A DNA stretch of 64,000 nucleotides, taken from Alphaproteobacteria bacterium. GTDB lineage: Bacteria; Pseudomonadota; Alphaproteobacteria; MPNO01; UBA830. Below are positions 21,618 through 31,773 of the stretch, one piece after another. The position numbers and the translations under genes are program-made. The stretch spans positions 1,152,001 to 1,216,000 of the forward strand of contig OZ219791.1 of NCBI GenBank assembly GCA_964291215.2, given 5' to 3'. Numbering within the stretch: the first letter of the stretch is position 1; the number at the start of each line of letters is the position of its first letter. The notes under the pieces were generated by a model. That model was not told the origin of the DNA and made no database searches. It worked only from the letters and a program-made list of their open reading frames with translations.

Positions 21618-22851
21618 GATACTGTAACTTGATGTCTGGAAATTGTCGTGAAGCTCTCAGTCATCGAGCTGTTCCCATTTGATCTTGGTTTCGGTTTCCC
21701 ATTTTTCGTCGATGAGGACCGCGGTTGAGAGGCGCTCCAACGAGGCGAGGTTTGGAAAGACCCTGACTTTGGAGGTGCGCCGCTTGAGCTCTTGCTGGAT
21801 CGGCCGCTCGATGCCGTTCGAGGTTCGCATACGTTTGCGGTGAGCATCGGGCAAGGTGAAGACAGCGAGCCCCGCATTCTTTTCCAGCCAGTCTGCGAAG
21901 CTTGGATGCTTGTCGCGATAGCTGGCCACGAGGGCGCCCAGTTCAGCCTCGGCGGTTTGGAGTGAGGACGCATGGCTCCGAGCTGTTTTCCAATACGTTT
22001 CCTGATGATGTTGTTCGGTGCGTGCTGCACGGCGTTCTGCGCCAAGTGGAACTGGCAGCGCTGCCATGTCGCCGCGCCCAGCACCGCGCGTCGTGCTGCT
22101 TTCAACCCGGCATGGTCATCCGAGACGATGAAGGTCGTACCATGCAGGGCTAGCAAGCTTTCCAGGAAGGCTCTCCAATGGACCTCAGCCTCGGAGAGCC
22201 CCAGAACGTGCCTGCAGCCCCTATTCCGATGGCCGAGAGCACTGCAACATCGCGCACAACGCCGTCATGGCGGGCTTTTTCGTAGCGCGCATCCAGGTAT
22301 TTCATCAGGGGCCGGTTGCGCGGCGAGTTCTTCATCGAGCAACCTGGTGGCCCGGCTGACCTGAGAAGAGGACAGGCTCCCGAACTCGCGCATTACATCC
22401 TGCCGCGTGGAAACACCCTTGATGTACATCTCGGCTACGGCGCGAGAAGATCGCTGGCCGCGTTCAAGCGACTGGGGGGGTCGTCCCCGTGACCGTTTGG
22501 CACCTGAACGGCAACAGTGGGGGTGTCGATCCGCTTGTAGCCGTTGGCATAGCCCTGTCGCTCCGGCGTCCGGTGGCCCGCTTTCAAGTGCTGCTCGCGC
22601 TCGATTTGCATCGCAAGCTCGAAGAGCTGGCCAAAGACCCGCCCCAGATCCGTTGCTCCGTTTGCGATCAGATGTTCCAAAACGGCCTCAATCGTCGTAG
22701 TGTGTCGCAAGTCCATTCGCTTCCTCCATGAAGGTTTACAGCTCCATGGGATAGCACGATGGCGCCGCGTTTCACTGGGGGCTAGCCCCCCCAGTGAAAC
22801 GCCTCAAAGCGCAAACCTCAGACAAATTTCCAGACATCAAGTTACAGTACC
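21618..22851 (-). mobile_element. IS256-family element copy 2 (pseudogene)
   Basis: Ends GATACTGTAACTTGATG / CATCAAGTTACAGTACC; frameshifted transposase; no TSD. Confidence 0.9.
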
Positions 22852-22943
22852 AAGGCCTTGAAATAAAGAGCGAGTCGCTCCGGATCGCTTTCCATAGTAT
22901 CAGCATTCTCCTCGCGTCAACCCAATTGCGAAGGAGAATGAAA

Positions 22944-24509
22944 ATGCGATCAATAAGCGAACCAGGGTGTTCATGGCACGTCATCAACGACCTGCATGCC
23001 GGGTTGTTGTCGGAGTTTCACATTTATCTGCAACAAGCAGGTAATTCTGAGAACTCCATCCGGTTTTATCTCGGTACAGCAAGGCATTTCCTAGCTTGGC
23101 TGAAGGCGGACGGGACCACGCTGGAAACCATTGATAATTCAGTTCTGTTAGCTTTCCGGGACCATGATTGCGACTGTTTCGTGTCGACGCAAGGGTTTCC
23201 ATGGCCGAAGCGGGAACCCGGGCTTGGCAAGACAAGCATGTTGCAGGCTATCCGCTTTGTGAATTTCCTGGAAAGCAGCGGCAGAACCTGGCATCCCGGC
23301 GAGATTCGAATTGGCATTCAATACCTTGAAGATTATAGCGAACAATGTTCGGAACTGGGGTATCGAGAAAGGACCCTTCGTGACTTGAAGTTTTACATCC
23401 GCCACTTTCTGGTGTGGCTCTACCGAACAAGAACTTCGATAAAGTCGATCAACTCGAACATTATAGAGTCGTTTCTCAGTCACGACTGCTTGTGCCACAA
23501 CTACGCTTTAACCCCCAACAAGCTCAGAAGGGCCAAGACCTGCGAATCGACTGTCAAGGACTTTGCAAATTACCTCGCCGAGCAGGGTGTCGCATCAGCG
23601 GCCGCTGCGAAATCACAGCAAGGAAGACCTCGAAAACTGGAGGGGTTTTGCGTCTGGCTTGAACAGCATCGCGGCATATCAACATCGACCATCGAGGTAC
23701 ATGATCACTATGCGTCGATTGTTGTCGGCAATCTTGGAACCGACACGAACCAGTACGATGCCGCTTTGGTCCGTCAAGTTCTGCTCCGCGAATTTGCCAG
23801 TAGCGGCTTGGGCCGTGCGAAGGCCATGACTTGTTCCACACGCATGTACCTGCGCTTTCTCGCGTCGACCGGTGCGTGTTCTCCTGGCCTCGTCAACTCA
23901 GTTCCATCCCCAGCGTTTTGGCGGCTCTCGACGCTGCCGCGTTACATACCCATGGAAGATGTCGAACAGATGATCGCATCCTGCGATGTGAACACGCCTG
24001 GAGGCGTGCGTGATCGCGCCATCCTGCTTCTACTTGCGAGGTTGGGTCTGCGTGCTGGAGATATCTGCGAACTTGGGCCCTCGGACATCGATTGGGTCAA
24101 CGCCGAAATCCATGTCTGCGGCAAGACGAGGCGGTCTGTGGCATTGCCGCTCCCACAAGACGTTGGCGATGCGGTGTTGCATTACATTCGCACAGCTCGT
24201 CCGACCGCCGCGACATCAAAGCTGTTTCTGTGCCTGAATGCGCCACATCGGCCTTTCGCCGATTCCAGCGCTGTGTCGATGATAGTCGCGGCCGCCCTCA
24301 AGCGCGCAGGTATAAATAGGCCACGCGGTCGAGGTGCCCATCTTCTGCGCCATTCTCTGGCCACAGACATGCTCCGCTCCGGTGCATCGATGGATACCAT
24401 AGGAGCGTTGCTTCGGCACAAGTCTCGGGAAACCACCGCGATCTACGCCAAAGTCGACGTTCCCATGCTCGAAAGTGTGGCTCAGCCGTGGGTCGGAGGC
24501 GACCGATGA
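22944..24509 (+). CDS. Tyrosine recombinase RitA (long form, 521 aa)
   Basis: RDRAILLLLARLGLRAGD, HLLRHS, LLRH, TAIYAK; duplicated N-terminal F..HDC.C repeats; AGGAG RBS. Confidence 0.9.
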   Translation: MRSISEPGCSWHVINDLHAGLLSEFHIYLQQAGNSENSIRFYLGTARHFLAWLKADGTTLETIDNSVLLAFRDHDCDCFVSTQGFPWPKREPGLGKTSMLQAIRFVNFLESSGRTWHPGEIRIGIQYLEDYSEQCSELGYRERTLRDLKFYIRHFLVWLYRTRTSIKSINSNIIESFLSHDCLCHNYALTPNKLRRAKTCESTVKDFANYLAEQGVASAAAAKSQQGRPRKLEGFCVWLEQHRGISTSTIEVHDHYASIVVGNLGTDTNQYDAALVRQVLLREFASSGLGRAKAMTCSTRMYLRFLASTGACSPGLVNSVPSPAFWRLSTLPRYIPMEDVEQMIASCDVNTPGGVRDRAILLLLARLGLRAGDICELGPSDIDWVNAEIHVCGKTRRSVALPLPQDVGDAVLHYIRTARPTAATSKLFLCLNAPHRPFADSSAVSMIVAAALKRAGINRPRGRGAHLLRHSLATDMLRSGASMDTIGALLRHKSRETTAIYAKVDVPMLESVAQPWVGGDR

Positions 24510-25426
24510 CCATGACTTATCACGTCGAGCGCTACGTCGCTCTCAAACGCCATCTTGGCTTCAAGTTCGTCGGGCAGGGACGAATCCTGGGGACCTACGC
24601 CAAGCATGCGGACGATCACGGCGATGAGTTCATTCTTTGCAACCGGATGATCGAAGCGGCGACCGGAACCGCGAAACTTCCGACCATAAGGACGAGGCTC
24701 GCGTTTCTCCGGAATTTTGCCTTGTGGCTCCACTCAGAAGACGAACGCCACGAAGTCTTGCCCCGGAATGTGCTTGGCCAGCCGGAAACACGACGGCGAA
24801 CGCCATGCCTGATGACGCCGGAGGAAATCCGGAAAGTGATGAACGCGGCACTGGACTTGCCGCCTGCGGGTTCAATTACGCCGCACAGCATTTACTACAT
24901 GATCGGACTCGCCGCGGCCACGGGAATGCGAGCAAGCGAGGTCGTTTTGCTGACGATATCGGACCTCACCCCCGACGGTGTTGTTATCCAGGAGACAAAG
25001 TTCAAGAAATCAAGGCTCGTTCCCTTGCACCTTACCGTTCGCAGAGCTCTCGAACGGTATCTGGAGATCCGGAGGCAGAACGGAGCTGTCCACGACCGCC
25101 TGTTCGTTCTATCGAACGGCAATCCGGTTCAACCCGGGTACCTGTCCCAGAAGTTCACCGAACTGGCGATAAAGACAGGAATCAAAAAGGGGCCGGGCGA
25201 GGGACCCAGCTTTCACAGTTTGCGCCATACCTTCGCGGTCAGATCTCTGGAAACGGCCGATACGACCGATCACGCAGACATTAGTCGGCACATCGTGGCT
25301 TTGACTACCTATCTCGGCCACGCTCACATGTCGAGCACCTACTGGTACCTGGAGGCCACTCCGACTCTGCTCCAGTCAATCTCCGACGCTGTCGAGAACG
25401 CACATGTGAAAGGGGTATCGCGATGA
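24506..25426 (+). CDS. Tyrosine recombinase RitB
   Basis: TGMRASE, TKFKKSRLVPLH, HSLRHTFAV, YLGH, TYWYL. Confidence 0.92.
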   Translation: MTMTYHVERYVALKRHLGFKFVGQGRILGTYAKHADDHGDEFILCNRMIEAATGTAKLPTIRTRLAFLRNFALWLHSEDERHEVLPRNVLGQPETRRRTPCLMTPEEIRKVMNAALDLPPAGSITPHSIYYMIGLAAATGMRASEVVLLTISDLTPDGVVIQETKFKKSRLVPLHLTVRRALERYLEIRRQNGAVHDRLFVLSNGNPVQPGYLSQKFTELAIKTGIKKGPGEGPSFHSLRHTFAVRSLETADTTDHADISRHIVALTTYLGHAHMSSTYWYLEATPTLLQSISDAVENAHVKGVSR

Positions 25427-26415
25427 CGGACCTTGCCCCTTACATCTCTATGTTCCTGCAGCAGCATCTGCCGCGTGACCGAAACGTCAGCCGCCATACA
25501 ATCGCGAGTTACGCATACACCTTCGAGTTACTTGTCGACTTCGCCGCGGACAGGTTGGGAATCTGGCCGTCCGAAATGGCGATCGAGCAGATTACGGTAG
25601 AACTGGTTCTCGACTTCCTCGATAGTCTTGAAAAAGAGCGTCAGAATACGGTCCGGACCCGTAATCTCAGGCTTGCGGCGATCAAGTCGTTCTTCCGGTA
25701 TCTGGAGTTCAAGGTCCCCGCATGCCTGCATCTGGCGCAACGCGTTCATGCGATCCCCATAAAGAGCTTCGACCAAGCCTTGGTCGATTACCTCGAACGC
25801 GATGAGCTGCAAGCGGTACTGGATGCTCCGGACCCGACGACCGTGAATGGCGTACGGGATCGAGCAATGCTGCACTTGACCTACGCCGCGGGCTTGCGGG
25901 TCTCCGAACTCATCGGGCTCAAGTGCAACGATATAGCTCCCAATCCGGGGTGGGTTCATGTGATGGGAAAGGGCGACCGCAAATTGCCGGTAAGGAAGGA
26001 GACGCGCTCGCTCTTGGAGGACTGGCTGGCTGTACGGCCGGACTGTATCAGTGACCATCTCTTCCTGAACGCTCGGGGGCGGGCGATGACCCGACATGGG
26101 TTCGCGCACCGATTGGCTATCCATGTCGCTGCAGCAAAGCAGATAGTGCCGTCGATTGCAGAAAAGCGGGTCAGTCCGCATGTCATTCGACATTCCTGCG
26201 CGATCCATACCTTGGAAGTGGTCAGAGATCCGCGAAAGGTGTCGTTGTGGCTAGGTCATGCAAGTGTGCAGTCCACCGAAATCTATCTGCGCGCCGAACC
26301 GATCCAGAAACTCGAAATGCTGGGCGAAATGGTTCCGCCACATATCAGGAAAGGCAGATTCAATAATGTGCCAGACCACTTGATCGCAATGTTCCGTGAT
26401 CTCAAGAGGGTCTAA
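25423..26415 (+). CDS. Tyrosine recombinase RitC
   Basis: SRHTIASY, TRNLRLAAIKSFF, GLRVSE, PHVIRHS, WLGH, TEIY. Confidence 0.92.
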   Translation: MTDLAPYISMFLQQHLPRDRNVSRHTIASYAYTFELLVDFAADRLGIWPSEMAIEQITVELVLDFLDSLEKERQNTVRTRNLRLAAIKSFFRYLEFKVPACLHLAQRVHAIPIKSFDQALVDYLERDELQAVLDAPDPTTVNGVRDRAMLHLTYAAGLRVSELIGLKCNDIAPNPGWVHVMGKGDRKLPVRKETRSLLEDWLAVRPDCISDHLFLNARGRAMTRHGFAHRLAIHVAAAKQIVPSIAEKRVSPHVIRHSCAIHTLEVVRDPRKVSLWLGHASVQSTEIYLRAEPIQKLEMLGEMVPPHIRKGRFNNVPDHLIAMFRDLKRV

Positions 26416-26651
26416 CGCTATGGAGATAGTTAAGGCCCTGAAATCCAATGATCACAGGGCCTTATCTCTGCAACTCACCATAGTCTTGTTGTCACCATAA
26501 TCGCAACTATGGAAAGCTTTCCGTAGCTGCGACAAACTGAACCGAAGGCTCGGTTACGACCGCGAAGCCTGGACCGCCATGGTTGCCGCCTCCATGCGCG
26601 CCGAGACGCACGAACCCGGCGACCTCGCCGAGCACTGACACGTCCGCCGAC

Positions 26652-26680
26652 TTGTCCGCTTATGGCGAATCCCCTATAGT
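26652..26680 (+). promoter_or_regulatory. Putative sigma70 promoter of the TA operon
   Basis: TTGTCC-17 bp-TATAGT just upstream of the ATG at 26698. Confidence 0.55.
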
Positions 26681-26697
26681 GCGAGGTCGACGATGTC

Positions 26698-27054
26698 ATG
26701 CTGAAGCCAGTCGAATGGATCGGTTCGAGCAAGGCGGATCTGAAGCGTTTCCCCGACCCGGTGCAGGGCCGCATGGGCTTCGCGATCTACCGCGCCCAGC
26801 TCGGACGCCGGCACCGCGACGCCAAGCCGCTGAAGGGCTTCGGCCCGGGGGTGGTGGAGGTCGTCGCGCGCCACGACGGCGACACATTCCGGGCCGTCTA
26901 CACGATCCGTTTCGAGACCGCCGTCTATGTCCTGCACGCCTTCCAGAAGAAGGCCCGGCGGGGCATCGCGACGCCCAGGCAGGAGCTCGACCTGGTCCGG
27001 CGTCGCCTGCGCGCCGCCGAGCGGCACTACCGTGACACCCACTGCGGAGACTGA
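26698..27054 (+). CDS. RelE/HigB-like toxin (Gp49-like)
   Basis: WIGSSKADL, AKPLKG, TFRAVY, VYVLHAFQKK. Confidence 0.9.
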   Translation: MLKPVEWIGSSKADLKRFPDPVQGRMGFAIYRAQLGRRHRDAKPLKGFGPGVVEVVARHDGDTFRAVYTIRFETAVYVLHAFQKKARRGIATPRQELDLVRRRLRAAERHYRDTHCGD

Positions 27055-27058
27055 CGCC

Positions 27059-27397
27059 ATGGAACCCACCGACACCACCGTGGAGCGCGGCAGCGGCAAC
27101 GTCTTCGCCGATCTCGGCTTTCCCGACGCCGACGCTCACCTCGTCAAGGCCGAGCTCGTCAGCCGCATCGACGACATCGTGCGCGATCGGGGCATCACCC
27201 AGACCGAGGCCGCACGGCTGATGGGCCTGTCCCAGCCCGACGCGTCACGGCTGCTGCGGGGCGACTTCCGCGAGTATTCGCTGGAGCGTCTGTTCCGCCT
27301 GCTCAACGCGCTCGGACGCGATATCGACATCGTCATCCGCCAGCCCCGTTCCGCCGACGGCGCACGCCTGCGCATCGCCGCCGCCGAACCCGTCTGA
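27059..27397 (+). CDS. XRE-family HTH antitoxin (HigA-like)
   Basis: GSGNVFADLG, TQTEAARLMGLSQPDASRL, SLERL. Confidence 0.9.
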   Translation: MEPTDTTVERGSGNVFADLGFPDADAHLVKAELVSRIDDIVRDRGITQTEAARLMGLSQPDASRLLRGDFREYSLERLFRLLNALGRDIDIVIRQPRSADGARLRIAAAEPV

Positions 27398-27477
27398 TAG
27401 CCGGCCGGCCCACCGCACTCGCCCGCTTCCGCTGCGCAGCCGGCCCGACGCCGTCCCCGGTCAACCCCTCCACGCGA
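27398..27477. repeat. 80-bp direct repeat, copy 1
   Basis: 74/80 identical to 28723-28802. Confidence 0.9.
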
Positions 27478-27820
27478 CGGGGCAAGCTCTCGTTGATCGC
27501 TGCGTGGGCGAGTGATCGGAGCCGCCCGGTCAGCGCGGCGGGCAGTGGTGCATTCTCGGGCTCCACCCGGTAGGACCGCGGTTGGTAGCCGTCGCGGGCG
27601 GCCTGGAAACGGATCCAGACCTAACGCGCGCCGCGGTTGCGGAGGGACGAGCGGAGGCCTTCGCGCACAGGATGACCGGGCGCCTCATCGTTGTACCGGT
27701 CGATCATCTGCTCGGTTTCCAGCAGGATCCCGCCACACTCGGCGAGTGCCGTTTCCGCCGCCTCGATCCGGTCCCGGAACGCGGGCGACCGTTTCGCGTC
27801 GCGTTCCGCGACCGCCTGTT

Positions 27821-28657
27821 TCAGGGTGTTGGCGGGGACGGCGCCCCGGGCTTTCCCTGGGTGCCGAGCACGGGCGCCTTGCTGGCCCAATCGCGGTCGT
27901 AGCCGCAAACATGCAGGATTGCGTCCAGCGCATGTTGCAGCTCGCCGGTGTGCCCGATGATGCCGGATTGCTCGCTGGCGTAGCGCCAGCGCACCGTATC
28001 GTCTCGGGCCTCGGCGAGCGCCGCCCGGATGTTCCGGCGGTCCGGCTGTTGCAATGCGAGCTCCGGCCAGCTTTCGTCGCCTGGCATTTGCCTGATCAGT
28101 TTTTCTTGCGTGTCGTCGCTCAGCGCGTCGAACAGCTTCAGCAGGTCGTGTTCCCGGTCATGCGGCCCGTGATCGCGTTCGCAGCGCTGCAGGGCCTTCA
28201 GGCCGAGTTCGATACCGTGCAGCAGCAGGATCACGTCAGCGAAGCCGCCGGCTGGCTCGCGCCGGTTGTCGGCGTCGCGGATGATCGCGGCAGCCTCGGC
28301 GAGGCCGGCCGCCTGGCTGACCATGCCGCTCGTTCTGAGTGCGTCGGGCGGTTCCTCTTTCGGCCCGTCGGATTTGCCGTGTCGTTCGGCGCTTCGTGTT
28401 GTTGCCAGGATTAGGCTGTCACCGTCTTCGGGCGCGATCGCGATGCCAGTTCTTTCGCCAAACTCCCGCTTGTAGGTGCTTGCCCTGAGCCAGCACACGC
28501 GGCCGTTATCCATGAGAAACGTGGTCTCCGCACGGCCGCGCGGCCTGTCGAGCGGCCGCGAGGCCGCCTGCAACGCCGCGTGGTGGTGCGTGCGCAGCGT
28601 CTCGGCGCCGATCTTTCTTGCGACGGTGAGCTCTTCCTTGGTGAAGCGGCGGTTCAT
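27821..28657 (-). CDS. HEPN-domain protein with unrecognised N-terminal region
   Basis: HGIELGLKAL..HDLLKLFDAL..WRY pattern of HEPN folds. Confidence 0.7.
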   Translation of the reverse strand: MNRRFTKEELTVARKIGAETLRTHHHAALQAASRPLDRPRGRAETTFLMDNGRVCWLRASTYKREFGERTGIAIAPEDGDSLILATTRSAERHGKSDGPKEEPPDALRTSGMVSQAAGLAEAAAIIRDADNRREPAGGFADVILLLHGIELGLKALQRCERDHGPHDREHDLLKLFDALSDDTQEKLIRQMPGDESWPELALQQPDRRNIRAALAEARDDTVRWRYASEQSGIIGHTGELQHALDAILHVCGYDRDWASKAPVLGTQGKPGAPSPPTP

Positions 28658-28722
28658 GCTGTAATTCCTGGGAGTTCGATGCTGCGCGCCTTGATGGTCT
28701 AGCTGGGGAGCAGCTTAAGCGC

Positions 28723-28802
28723 TAGCCGGCCGGCCTACCGAACTCGCCTGCTTCTGCTGCGCAGCCGGCCCGGCGCCGTCCCCGGTCAACTCCTCCACGC
28801 GA
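28723..28802. repeat. 80-bp direct repeat, copy 2
   Basis: Partner of 27398-27477; contains the stop codon of the upstream membrane gene. Confidence 0.9.
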
Positions 28803-29178
28803 GCCACCACCACGCGAACCAGGCCGGCAGCCCGACAGCCACGGCGCAGACCGCGATCGCAACCGGCCCGAGCAGCCCGGCCGGCAGCGTCACCGCCACC
28901 GTCGTCGCACCGAGCGCGATGCCCGCGGTCCAGGCGCCGCGCCGGTAGCCGAGCCGCCAGAGCCTGCGGCAGCCGAGCGCCAGCGGCAGGCCGCACAGCG
29001 CAAACGGCGCCAGCGACAACCTCTCCATCGCCATCGTCGCCAGCCACGGCCCCAACCTCCCCGCCTCGGCCGCGTCCGGCCCGAACCGCACCGCCGCCTG
29101 AGCCACGATCCCGGCCGGCAGCCAGAGCAGCGCCAGCGGCCAGAACCCGTGACGGCCGATCCATCCGCGCCCTTCCAT
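28786..29178 (-). CDS. Hypothetical membrane protein (~4 TM)
   Basis: Several hydrophobic segments; Trp-rich C-terminus. Confidence 0.65.
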   Translation of the reverse strand: MEGRGWIGRHGFWPLALLWLPAGIVAQAAVRFGPDAAEAGRLGPWLATMAMERLSLAPFALCGLPLALGCRRLWRLGYRRGAWTAGIALGATTVAVTLPAGLLGPVAIAVCAVAVGLPAWFAWWWLAWRS

Positions 29179-29318
29179 GCCGTATCCCTGCACCGGACGG
29201 GGGTGGCGTTCAAGCCAGGTCGGACCGCATGTCGCCGGAGAGGCGGAGAAGAGCGTGCGGGGAGCGAGGCCGCGGACGAAAGAGAGAGTCGCGGCAGTCG
29301 CAACCGGGGAGATTTGAC

Positions 29319-29855
29319 ATGGCGAAATTGCGATATGCGGGGATCGGGGCGCGGGCGACTCCGAAAGCCGTGCTGGCGGACATGGGCGTCATCGCGGGAT
29401 GGCTGGCCCGGACCGGCTGGCATCTGTCGAGCGGCGGGGCGGACGGGGCCGATACCGCGTTCGCAGCGGGGGCGCCGGCCGGACAGCGGACGGTCTGGCT
29501 GCCGTGGCGGGGCTATAACGGGCATCGCGGGCCGGACTGCCGGGTGCTGTCGGCGGCGGCGCTGGCGGCGTGCATCGAGATCGCGGCGCCCCTGCATCCG
29601 GCCTGGCAGCGGTGTTCGTCGGCCGTCCGGAAGCTGCATGCCAGGAACGCCGCGCTGATCTTGGGCGAGGCGCTGAATCGGCCGGTCGACGCGGTGGTGG
29701 CCTTCACGGTCCAGGGTCGCGTCGAGGGCGGCACGGGCATGGGCATCCGTATCGCCGAGGCAAACGGCATCCCGGTGCTGAACCTGGGCTCCATGTCGCC
29801 GCGCGCCGTCTGCGAGCGCTTGGCCGCGATCCGCCGCGCCGCCCATCCGTCATAG
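29319..29855 (+). CDS. SLOG-superfamily (DprA/YspA-like) protein
   Basis: YAGIGARATP, LSSGGADGADTAF, LHARN, GGTGMGIRIA..GIPVLNL. Confidence 0.8.
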   Translation: MAKLRYAGIGARATPKAVLADMGVIAGWLARTGWHLSSGGADGADTAFAAGAPAGQRTVWLPWRGYNGHRGPDCRVLSAAALAACIEIAAPLHPAWQRCSSAVRKLHARNAALILGEALNRPVDAVVAFTVQGRVEGGTGMGIRIAEANGIPVLNLGSMSPRAVCERLAAIRRAAHPS

Positions 29856-29984
29856 AGGAAGAGTGAAGCGCCTGCCGGGCGAGTGTCCGGCAGGGCGGAG
29901 GGAGTGGGTCTCCCGCGCCGATGCCGGGCAGGGCAACGGCAGAGGAGACGCCGCTCATGTTCCATCCCGATACATCCCCCGATC

Positions 29985-31467
29985 GTATCTACTCACCCCT
30001 AGTTGGGTTCTGATTGGTCGTAGTGCTCGTTGATGATGTCTGCGGCTTTTCCGTCGAGGGCGATCTGGGTGGCGACGAGTGGGTTGTAGCCGAGTGCGGC
30101 CATGGAGGTGAGGTAGCTTGAGCCCCGGCACCATGCTTTTGCGTGGAGCGGAAGCATCCGGACACCTTGACCTTTGCCATCCTGATCTTCTGTTCTCCGG
30201 CATTGTTGGTGAATCTGACGTCGGGGTCGTCTGTGAAGCGCAGGTTTTCGTGTTTCACGAGACGTTCGTGCAGGTTGTGCGCGTTTGCGATGCGTTTTCC
30301 TTTCGGCGGGATATCGGGCAGTTCCCTGGCGCCCTGATGGTGCGGTAGCGCTTGCGCCCGGCGTCGTTCAGGGTCTTGGATGCGCTCTTGTTGATCTTGT
30401 GGCAGACTTCGCGGAGCAGGCTCTTCATCAGTCGCGCGGTAGCCTCGACGACAAAGGTCAATTCGCGCAGCAGGTGGCTGCCGCACAGCTGGTGGCTACA
30501 CTGGCCCATGTACGAGGCCCAGGACGCCCTTGTAGCGCGGGATGATGCCGATCTCTTGCCCGCGCTTGCGGTGCGGGAACTTGCACGTCAGGGTCCCACG
30601 ACATGGAGCCATTTACTGTTGATCCGAAATCGTCGACATCGGGCGTTGCAGGAGGTGCGCCACGGCGGCCTCCTCCCATGACGCATCGTGAAAGCATAGC
30701 CGAGGCCTCGGAGAGCTTGATGCCGGAGATCGCCTGCACGAGCGCGACGGCGCAGGGACAGCATTTGGGCGACCAGCAGGTTGATGACGGGGGCCTGGAT
30801 GCCGTACTGCACGGGATGTTGTCGGGGAACCGGCCCCGGGCCTTGCACTTCGGGCATTCCTCGGCGCGTCGCTCGACGACCTCGAACACGATGTCATAGA
30901 GGACGCGGCGCTCCCGATCGACGGGGCCGTCGATGTCAGCGCCGCAGGCGTCGCAGGCCGCGACCGTTTCCTCGACGATGGTCTTGCGCAAGTTGTCGCC
31001 CATCTGCCGGTTCGGCTTCGGGCCGTTGCTTCCGGCACGCTCTTGTCCGTCTGTGACGGCGGCAGACCGGAGTTCCGGCTCGTGCGTGGTCTTCTCCAGA
31101 AGGACGACGATGAGGATGTCGAGCAGGATGACGAAGACGCGGATCACGGCCTCTTCCGCCACCTTGCCGGCAGCGCCGCGTTCTTGGCCGCTTCGAACTC
31201 CTCGCGCGCCGCCCGTCGCCATCACCCGGCCTTGCGCTTCATCAGCGCGCCGCCTCCGAGATGCGTTTTCACATACAGATCATGCGGAGCCCCGGAAGCA
31301 GCTGGCACAGCCCGCTCGTCGCCTTCGATCCAAAGTAGCCCACTGGCGGTCCCCGTCGTTCTCGATGACCGGCACTGAACGAATCGGGCTGCAATGTCAA
31401 ATCTCCACGAAAACCCGTTCGTTGCTCTACCCCGACATCAAGCCGGAACCAGGGGGTAAGCAGTTAC
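29985..31467 (-). mobile_element. IS66-family element copy C (decayed)
   Basis: Both TIRs present; flanks CCCCGATC / CAAGAATC do not match. Confidence 0.92.
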
Positions 31468-31773
31468 CAAGAATCTCCGCTTTGCGGACGGCACCAGCTT
31501 CACCTTGGCGGAGGGCGGGATCAACGGCGCAACAGGAGCCCATCCCTTGCCGCTCACGTCGTTTTGAGGGAATCGGTGCTACGTCTATACTTTGCTTGGA
31601 TGGCCCCAGTCGAAACCATGGTGCCCTACGTCATGGGGTTGCGTATCTGATCGAATACTATGACATGGGGCCACCCGCGACTTTAGGAACAGCCTTATTG
31701 GGGATCGGGCACAGGTTTCAGCGGTGGCGAACGTGTCGCGAGCCGCGCCTTGCGAAACAAAGGAGTTGAAGGA

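Larger units (their letters stand above)
22852..26532 (+). mobile_element. RIT element (recombinase in trio); left end abuts IS256
   Basis: Three tandem, overlapping tyrosine recombinase genes; lower GC; CCATAG/CCATAA motifs at the ends. Confidence 0.85.

Noticed and set aside
27398-28802. Canonical integron attC sites
   Set aside because: No RYYYAAC/GTTRRRY cores and no IntI; kept only as a non-canonical hypothesis.
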